From Pelomyxa schiedti (Eukaryota > Protista > Evosea): DNA of 64,000 bases. The DNA is taken from assembly GCA_020536535.1 (NCBI GenBank), contig JAHLWZ010000702.1, positions 62,001-126,000 of the forward strand. Direction: 5' to 3'. Of this stretch, positions 46,308 to 55,637 are shown one piece after another. The position numbers were made by a program, and so were the translations under genes. The notes below the pieces were generated by a model. That model made no database searches, was not told the DNA's origin, and worked only from the letters and a program-made list of their open reading frames with translations. Within the stretch, counting starts at the first letter, position 1; the number at the start of each line of letters is the position of its first letter.

Positions 46308-48913
46308 TCAGTAGTCGTAGTTCTCATTCAGAATCCAAGTCAGCTTGACACCGCATTTGGTGAGAAGGTGTGTGGTAGCACCCATGAAGGCATTTGGGCC
46401 ACAGAGATATACAAGCCGTTCAGAGATTTGAGGGACTTCCCTGTGTGGGGTGAGTAGGGGTAAGATGGACCCAAACACAACAACCTCTGCAAGAATTCTT
46501 CTGTGAGGTGGCCATAGCAAACACCATCCACTCGATAATCAGTGGGACCGTCCCAGAGATTTGTTCTGGTAAGTGCCACAAGAAATTTCCGGATAATCGG
46601 GGTGCCTGATGTAAGGGACTCCCAATCTGTCTTGAACGGGATATCTTGATATTCCCTTTCAACTGCCAAAGATAAGTTGGAGTAAGAGAAAGAAGAAGTA
46701 TACCATGAATCGAGACAATATCAGGAAGCTCGTGTTCTGTTACAATCTTCTCAGAGAAGGTATTTCGTAGTCCCCGTAGCATACTTATGACAGGTGTAAC
46801 TCCTGAACCTGCTGTGATCATTAAGACCCTCCACCAGTTTGAAAAAGGATAGGTCGGTGCTCTGTTTCCAAGCTTGCAGAAGTTAGTTGAAATTTAAGAT
46901 TTGAAGTGCTCCAACTACCTGAATGTAGAAAGAAACTGGGAGAGTAAATCCTCCTTCGATCCCTTGCATCACACCTGATGTCTCACCGATAATTGCAGTA
47001 TCGTGAAGCCAACCAGTCACTTTCCCTTGCCTCTTAACGGAAATTTCAATTTCATATCTGTCTCTGCGCGTTTTACTGGTAGCGCTCTCTTCAATTGTCG
47101 GTACAGTAGCAAACGCCGCAGTGGAAATAGACCAACAACGTAGGTACTCTTCACCTCCAATGTCAAATCTGAATGTTGAATATTGCCCTGGTTCCCACCT
47201 GACGCTCCTACTGGTTCGCCAAATAAACGTAGTCACGTTCGCAGATTCTTTACGTCGCCCTACAAGTTGCATTGCCACATCCCAGGAAGTGCCCAAATTC
47301 TTCCATTGGGCAGCTGCAGAATGCCACTTTGGGAGTGCAAAGTCTGGTTGAAGGAGGATTACACTGTTGGCGGGAATATCAAAGAGGGGTGGATGGTGAG
47401 TCGAGAACGACAAGAACTTCCAATGAAAAGGACTTGCACATGCTGTGAGACGCCAACGTGTCGCTAGGAAAGTAGTGAATGCATTGTTCAGAATCAGGAA
47501 ACAAACATACGTGTGAAAACGCATAACCTATCACAGTTGTCAAGGGACTGGTGCGGTGGGAGCCAATGTACATCCAAAACGCCAGTAAATTGAAGGGTGT
47601 GTCCTCTCTCGAAATCGAGAAAGGTTATCCCAGCATGGTGGTCAATGAGTGTATTCCCTAATACCTGACACAGTCAGGTTGGCAGATAGGCGTCAGGTAC
47701 CTGGAACATTCCTTTTCCATGGTAATCGCCCCACGCAAGTTTATGCCCATCGATTATACGCACGAATCCTGGTCTGGAGAGGTTTAGCTGCGAAATATGG
47801 AAGATGGCATGCCTTCCCCCACGGTGGGATGTATCTACACCGCGAACAAGCTCAGGGTTGGCAGTGGATATAAAGAAAGTGTCACTACTGGTAATAAAGT
47901 TGATGTAGCTGTTTGGTAATTTGTGGCCATCAGACAAGGTAGTATCATCCAGGCAACTTGGTGTGCATTTCCTCACTGAATCAATTGTGCGGGATTGAAT
48001 ATAACGTGGACAAATCGAGAAAGCTTCCATAACAGTTACAGAAAAGCCATTCCTTTTTTTTTTAGTGAGTTTCGCTACTATAAAGAGTCTCCTACGAAGA
48101 GACGGGGTCACAGACAACGCCAGCTATTCTGTATCGCTTACGCGTTTCAAACTCTAAAAACGTGAGACTGATAGGCGTGCCACTGTTGGCCCCAACTTTC
48201 CATAGAGGATCCCCAACCGGTGGCGGCTTAAGCACACGAACAAGGCAAGGTTTCTCAACGCAAACAAGTTGCCTGTATGCGTTAGATTGGAACACTCTAG
48301 CCATTCTTGCACTGTCTGGATATACACCACAAGCGTCGCAGAAGTGTGCAGAAGAAGCGATGCTGCTTGTAGTTGGGGGATAATCTTCCTGGCTCTCACT
48401 TGAAGGGGTAGGAGGCGGAACTGCAGATAGGCTCCCAACTACACATGGTTCATCCCCAAAGGAATCTTCAGAAAGTGGAGTTGCATCAGGATGTTCAGAG
48501 AGCCCCTGCAAAACCTCACTGGAACAAGGGATCAAATCTGTGGGATCGGCATATATCGGAGTAAGCCACACCTAGGAGTTAGGTCTAAAAAAAGGACCCA
48601 AAAGGAAATAGGAAAATCACCTCGCCTGTTTCCACATCGCGGTAACCCACGTAAATGGCATGCCTTGTTGACAAAAAATTGATCGAGTCAGGGTGCACTT
48701 CTGTAGCAACCTGCGGTAATTTACGTGTTCAAAATCCTCGCAAAGTGAACATCCGGTGCAAGAGCCGCAGTAACAGTAAAATCGGACCTTGTGTTCTCCC
48801 AGAGATTGAGCACGGTCCCTCATATTGTCACGTTGTTGCATCTCCTTCTCACCACGATTGAATATGTCACTTCGCCAGTCTGAGATCCATGGTGCCGTTG
48901 TGGTTTGTTGCAT
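46308..48913 (-). CDS. pyridoxamine-5'-phosphate-oxidase-like split barrels fused to an FNR-type FAD/NAD(P)-binding oxidoreductase
   Basis: FNRGEKEMQQR, SLTFLEFETRKRYRIAG, DTFFIST...GVDTSHRGG, WGDYHGKGMFQ-GNTL, WEPGQY...RCWSIS, ITAGSGVTPVISML and VYLCGPNAFM...ENYDY*. Confidence 0.85.
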
Positions 48914-49214
48914 TTCGAATGCCACACTGACTACCGAAACCACTTGTCAAGTGTCAATATGCCAAACGGATGCAACATTTCCCCGGCATCCTGTGATGAC
49001 AAATGCTGACAACAACGACGAAGAAACGAACGGATCTTTCGGAGACAGAAGTGAAAAAGTAAACAGAAGAAGGCAGGGGAGATCTCACTTTTTGTGAACT
49101 GATTTCGTAAAAGGAGCACGAGCAGGCGTTCCCCACAACGACAACGTACTCGTTAGTTGATGGAGTTTAACACCGACTGTGAGATGGGGACTCACTCATT
49201 ACAGATTAAACAAG

Positions 49215-49487
49215 ATGAGAAACATGGCATCCTTGACGGCCGCCATTTTTGTTGCGTGGATAAGCCTTGTGGCCGGATCGTCCTCCTCATCTGGTTCTTC
49301 TTCTTCCTCCACGAGTAGTTCTGTCTACCAACCACACATACACTGGTATGGCTGGCTGATTGCTGCCATTACTTTGTGCATCCTTATTGGCGCCATTGCC
49401 ATCTGTGTAGTAGCCGGCCTTACCAAAACCCCACACCCAAAGAAAGACGACGACAAGCCGCTCGTATCTGACGGTTCAACGGTCTAG
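49215..49487 (+). CDS. small (~90 aa) single-pass membrane protein with signal peptide and Ser-rich ectodomain
   Basis: Signal-like LTAAIFVAWISLVAG, poly-Ser, TM WYGWLIAAITLCILIGAIAICVVAGL, charged tail. Confidence 0.6.
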   Translation: MRNMASLTAAIFVAWISLVAGSSSSSGSSSSSTSSSVYQPHIHWYGWLIAAITLCILIGAIAICVVAGLTKTPHPKKDDDKPLVSDGSTV

Positions 49488-49719
49488 ACCCAAGTACATC
49501 CCATGGCACCACCACTTTCATATACCTGCCGTGGCATCTATTTACCCTTGCGTTGCTGGCTCACCACAGTCCCGGACAGCGCAAGCTAGGATGTGAAAAT
49601 GCAACCACAAGAAGAAACAAAAACCGTTAGTTGGTTTTCTTCCCCGAACCGCACCATCAAAACAAAACACACTTTCATAACCCTTAAATAACCAAGCGGT
49701 GGTTGTTTTGAAGCGAGCG

Positions 49720-51302
49720 ATGTCAGCCAGCAGCACCCCCGACCCTTCGACGCCGCCGTCGACGTCGACAGCGACACCCACGCCGACGCCGCCTGCGAGC
49801 GCATCCGCGCAACACAGTTTCTTCCAGCCTTCGTTCTTGAGGTTACTTGAGGACCCCAGTGTCAGGACAGTGATGATGTGTGGGTGTGGTGGCGGCTTCG
49901 ACTTTGTAAGTGGCCCCCCCCCCCGTTGTAGCCGTTGTTGAACGACATTTGATTTATGGTTCAAGGTTCACAGTATGGCGTTGTATCCTGAGCTTAAACG
50001 ACTCGGAAAGACTGTCATCGTCGGTGAGCTGCTTTTTATTTTTATTTTTATTTTTTGAAATAAATTGTTACGATTCCATTGTAACTTGAGACAGGGAGTT
50101 TCTCTTTTGGGAACACTTCCGAGATAAAGGAACCTGTATATTGGCGACACCCAGTCCTCACTGACTGTGTCGTCAAGGTGAGTTTTTGCACGACTTCCCA
50201 TATGGTTCCTCCACTTCCATTTAGAAAGTTACTGCTGCTAGCGCCTGCTCGTCATTCTATGCCCCAGAGCACCATATATGTGAGTACTTGGATCTCAAAT
50301 ACCCTGACGAAGCTCCACACTTTGCCTATGCTTATTATGCACGTAGCTTTACACCAAAAGCTCTCAAAGACTTGTACTCGGTCTGCTATCATTCTTACTG
50401 GTAAAATGGTAACCATTTTAGAAATTTGTCACTGATCACTCCATTGATGGAATACTTGCTGTTGATGGTGGATCAGACTCTCTTATGGTTGGTGATGAAT
50501 CCGGTTCGCTAGTGGCACAAAGATTTCCCTTCTTATTTGCTTTGTAGGACTTGGAGATCCCATCGAAGATGCTGTTACCGTTGCAACAATTGCTAGTTTG
50601 GAACAGGTTAGGATGCGTATTTTGTGTGTGATGGGGCTTGGCTGCGACCGCTTCAATTGTGTTTCTGATGCTGCAACTTTAAGGTTTTTTCCTGATTACC
50701 CTTGCGACTCTCTCACCCAAAACAGAGCAATTGCAGAATTGACCTTGTTAAATGGTTTTCTTGGTTCGGTTATGATGGAGCCAACGTTTCCTGGATTTAT
50801 TTTTTACCGGGACTTACTGAAATTCATGTACAAACGGCAAGGCTTCAGGTTCGTAAATGGCTTCCCAATGCATATAACAAGTAATATCAGATCAGTCATT
50901 GCAGGAAGTATTGTAGCTTCTGGGGAAGGACACTTTGGAGGCAACTATGTCCCTGATTATCTTTCTTCTAGAGTTAGACCTGGGGAACTATATTTGTGGC
51001 CTCTCATGGCTGCCCTGTGGACATTCGATCCCGTGGTTGTTGCGCAGCGGTCACACATATGCACCGTGATTAAGGATTGCAACACGATAGACCAAATGTA
51101 CACTGAGGTTGCCAAGATGAGAAGAACTGTTAGAAACAGGTCCATTTGTTCTCCAAACCTGCGCTCACACTCTCAAAAAACACAGATCTCTGGAGACGTT
51201 ACCAACAACCAACACAGGCTGGTCCCTACTGTGAAAAGATGTTTAAAAACCTCAACCCCCACGAGCGTGGTTGCTCTAAGATTTCTCTTTTTCCCCAAAT
51301 AG
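49720..51302 (+). CDS. DUF1152-family protein (multi-exon; 3' end uncertain)
   Basis: MCGCGGGFDFV-HS, YAPEHHIC, ILAVDGGSDSLMVGDESG-LGDPIEDAV, GLGCDRF, SVIAGSIV and LYLWPLMA match recalled DUF1152 motifs (GxGGGxD, VDGGxDSL..GDE.GLG.P.ED). Confidence 0.75.
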
Positions 51303-51455
51303 CAAGGAACAAATTAAGAAATCTTATGAATTGCGAAAAAGATTGTTGTTGTATTTACAGAACCAAAACCTACGCGACTTCACCCAGCAGCAGTTAGGCG
51401 GGAGAGCCACCTGATAGTACACTCAACTGACTAAAATGATTTCGTTGTCCTGCCA

Positions 51456-52832
51456 TCAGAATCGGCGGAACAAGTCGCTCTCGAGGAGTGCAGCAGCCGA
51501 TGGGCGGCTGCTTGGGTCAGGGCTGAGCAAACTTGACATAACCTTGTTGTGAGTCAGTGGGGAGTTTCTGAACAGAGAGGGTCTACGTGTTCAAACTGCC
51601 AAGAATGTGGCCACCCAAGAGGGGCTGCAGGGAATGACCACCCAGAACGGAGTGCACACCACAAGGGACCCTATAAGTAGATAAGTTACGTTATTAACAT
51701 TTTAGAACACAATACCCGCGTCGGGATCTCTACGTTGTATGCTAGTTCCATTATTGAAATCCCCAAGCTGAACATGTCTGCAGCCGGAGTGACTGTGTCG
51801 GAGTTATTTAGGAGCTCTGGGGCCATGTATGCACTGTCGCCTTCTGTTTTGTTCTTTGAACGAATTTGACAGCTATTTCCAAAGTCCCCCAGCTTCACTG
51901 CGCCGTTGGCAATAAGGCAGTTTTCCAATTTTATATCTGAGTCGGGTTAATACAAATACTGACAATGTGAAACTTACCCAAATGCAGGAGGTTCTTAGAG
52001 TGGATATGAAAGAGAGCTCTGAGGATATCCCTCATAAAACCTAGTACAACAGAGGGGCTCAAGTAATAGCCAGGTTCGCCGGGTTTGTGCTTGGATAGAT
52101 GCTTGAGATGGTAGGTCTTGAGATTGCCTTCTGGACACAATTCCATCAAGATGTTCAACGTATTTCCTGCTTCCCTAATTGCATGTTACTGATACTACAG
52201 AGAAACAATATTCCGGAGACTCACCAGTAGCTGTAGACTTGAACAATATTTGGGTGAGATCCCAACAAACTCACTGATTGTATTTCGGAGTCCTTAGTCA
52301 AAGGCGATCTTTGGGAGCATTCTTTGAGTGCGTATCTTTTTCCATTTCCATTGTATGTTACGACAAAAACCTGCAGAAAAGGTAAGTGAGAACGCAAATA
52401 CAAGATATTAGGCACCTCGCCAAAAGTGCCCCTTCCAATTGGAGGACCCTCTTTCTCAAAATCTGTAGAGGAGATACGCTTTGACTTCTTTTTCCATGTC
52501 AAGGCCACAGGGGTCGACGTTCTAGTCGAATGATGCCCCGCCATCATTGCTTTATTCTTTCGCTCCTGCTTGATTGATGGTGGTAGAGTCAGCCTCTGTG
52601 CCGAAGTCGTGGTTTTTGTGCGTAAGAGAGAGCACAGAGCAGCCGGGTCAGATCCGCTTTGTGTAATGCGTTCAGCCATTGTGGAATCTGGAAAACCAGA
52701 CATGTCAGGAAGTGCTCTTGTTGAGCTAGGCTTTGGTGGCTTGGGCATTGGGGAGATCTCCTGAGCTTCATCGGGTGCCACCAGATCCAATTTTTTTGAC
52801 GCAGTGCCAAGTTCCTCGTCGGAGGCCATCAT
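51456..52832 (-). CDS. wee1: Wee1/Myt1-family protein kinase
   Basis: IGRGTFGE-VF, YALKE, HPNIVQ, HL-DIKLENCLI, KLGDFG, EGDSAYMAPELL, ADMFSLGISIMELA..VEIP.RGPLWCALRSG and PDPSSRPSA. The symbol is a family-level call. Confidence 0.85.
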
Positions 52833-53302
52833 AAAAAACCCAGGACAATGCTGAGATATCACGCAGGCAATTGGTGTCAAAAACGTTGATTGTTGGGATT
52901 GGTTGTGCTTGTGCGCAAGGTAGTTTAAGTGTCTTTTTTTTATTATTATTATTTTTCTTTTTCTCGTAGTTTGTTCCGGTTAACTGATCAAGAAAAATTG
53001 GTCCTGTGCCGGTTTTTTTTTGCGAGAAGTCTGGTCGAACATGTCGCTCGAGACATGAGATGAGAAAGTTTCCCCTTTAAGGAACTCAACGACCCAATTC
53101 TGGGTTGTGCAATTCTGTTGCATGGATGTGCCATTTGTTCCATTTCCAGGTACGGGGCAACACCCGAGACCCGTGGGCCCCAGGACCCGGCATAAAAGAA
53201 ATGTGTATTGTATTGCATAAGAAGGAAGGACGAAGGAATCGTGGGGGGCTTAAAGAGGCTGGATGGACTGCTTCCCAGCCCAGTGTTGATTGATTTGTGG
53301 AA

Positions 53303-55607
53303 ATGAAAACTATGGGGTGGTTGTGGGTGGTCGTCGGTCTTACGGCCGTCGTTGAGGCCGCTATAAGGGTCGACAACGCTACAAAGATGTTTGTGGACGA
53401 ATACGGCAGGTTTGTGGCTTTTCTGACTCGCCTCCGTTCGAACGGTTTTTCTTTAGGCAAAGATTCTTCCACGGAGTCAATGCCGTGTACAAGACGGATC
53501 CATACATGCCCGTCACGGACTATTTTGATCCGCAGCTGTCACTTTGTGTAAGCAGTGCTATTTTTTTCATTTTAGGCACGCAAATTGTGCTAACACGTGA
53601 GCAGGAACAGGACATGGAAGATTTGTGGAACTGGGGAATGAATGCTGTTCGGTAATTCCCTTTTTACTACAGACTCTCTACGCTCACTTTCTCAATAGCC
53701 TTGGTGTCATGTGGCCCGGTGTCGAGCCATCTAAGGGTCAATACGATACGACTTACCTCAGTTCTATGGCTAAAATTGCTAGTGATCTTTCTGCACACGG
53801 AATATACACAATAGTCGGTATGCAGCTCTTCCGACAATCGGACTTGGGTAATATTTTCCAGACTTGCACCAAGATGTCTATAGTAGGCATGAATGTGGCG
53901 AAGGTAAATGACTTTTTTTTTTTTTGAACATGAAGAACAAGAAATCACGTAAACTTTCCAATAGGCGTTCCTGATTGGGCTACGTATATTCCCGCTGATG
54001 TTGAACCATTCCCTGCTCCTTTACGCAATGTCACCCTCGACTTTGACCCCACAACAGGTTTTATTTACTCCCAATTCTATTTTCCCAACCATCCCAGGAT
54101 ATCCTACCATTGAAAGCTGCCTTCTGTATGATTTCTTCAAGTATTACTTCACGAAAGAAACAGGTTAGACACTTATTCTTTTTCCCTTTATTTACGCTAT
54201 CAGGTGCTGTGTTCCAGGCCCTGTATGATAATACCAATGGTATACAGACAAGGTAGAAGGTAAAAAAAAAATGAACTTGATTTAAACATATGTAGCTGGG
54301 TCAACTTCTGGGTCGAAGTTGCAGGATACTTCAAGGATATTGACGGAGTTTTAGGCTATGAACTTATTAATGTAGGGCTTCTTTCTTTTAGGCATAACTC
54401 TCACCTCCACATAGGAACCGGTAATAATGGCAGGTATTTATTTTTCCATTGATTTGGAATTAGTGGGCTGGTGACATCTATGGGAAGAGAGGGCTTTTCA
54501 TCCCTGGGGAAGCTGATAGAGTAAATTTGGCTCCTATGTACGAAGCTGCAAATGATGCCATTCGACAAATTGATGATGTGAAAATGCTTTTCTTTGAGAA
54601 GGCTACAGTTAACGTGATTGGACCAACTGGATTAGGCTATGGTAGGACTGAGTCTTTTGGGCATCCTAATTATCATCGAAGGTCCTGGAGGAGCTGCCTA
54701 TAGTGACAGACAGGTGTACAGTTACCATAATTATTGTGGATCTGTGGATGAAGATGGGAATCCTGTTAAAGTAATGCTTTGCGACGGTAGCCTCACAACA
54801 AGTTGTAGCTATCTGATCAGCCATTCAGGGGAAGAAGATGTACAATGGCAACAAGAAATGCGAGACATTGAAAACTTGGGCTGTGGTGGTTTCATGACAG
54901 AGTATCCTTTCACTTCTAGAAGTTTCTACTCACTTCCCAGACAAGGTTTGGAGCTGTCTCTGGAAATTCTTCTATAGTCATCCGTAATCTTAACTTTTTA
55001 ATGGATCTTGTACCTTCCTCCAACGTTTCTCTTAAGTTTAACACATTTCCCATAGACTGACAAATACCAGCAAAGTTGGGCGTACTGGCAATTTAAGAAA
55101 TACAATGACTTTACTACAGTCAATGGCACTGACTTTATTACCTTCCAAGTTTCTGCTTACTCTAAGATCAGGTGGCGAGTCCTTTTACTCTGATGATGGC
55201 ACTATTCAAACGGAGAAGGTATGATGACGGAAAGGAAGAGAGTTCCTAACCTTTACGGCAGGTGGCGGCAATCACTCGGGCCTATCCACAAGCTATTGCG
55301 GGCACAATTAACTCATACCAGTTAGATAGAGCAACTGGAAAACTAACTGTTGACTACAACATCAACAAGGTTGCCGCAAAAAACCCTCCATACATTACTA
55401 GCCCTAACGACAATGCAGGCCATATCGCAGCCCACGGATATCTACGTAAATGTTGCTATGAACTACCCAAAAGGTGTCAAAGTATCAATGACACCCGATA
55501 ACGTTGCCACCTACAGCTACAGCAACAACCACGTACACATTACTCCGTTAGCCTCCACCCCCGACGGCACCAATATTGTTGTTACCGTCACAGAGAGCCT
55601 TTTGTAA
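53303..55607 (+). CDS. secreted glycoside hydrolase family 5, endoglycoceramidase-like (GH5_28-like)
   Basis: Signal peptide, FVDEYGR-QRFFHGVNAVYK, WGMNAVR-LGVMWPGVEP, DLHQD, GVPDW, GYELIN-EP-WAGD, YSYHNYC, FMTE-FG, WAYWQFK and RAYPQAIAG. Confidence 0.92.
54415..54420 (+). other. 6-nt micro-exon GAACCG (Glu-Pro) carrying the GH5 acid/base catalyst
   Basis: Flanked by ...cacatag and gtaata.... It is required to rebuild ELIN-EP-WAGD between exons ending at 54371 and starting at 54464. Confidence 0.85.
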
Positions 55608-55637
55608 ACGCGTTTGGGAACTACATAATGAAATCTT

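Noticed and set aside
25167-48913. bacterial contaminant or integrated prokaryotic operon (co-oriented, bacterial-like enzymes)
   Set aside because: The genes carry spliceosomal introns and are interleaved with clearly eukaryotic genes (VPS9, eEF1A-like).
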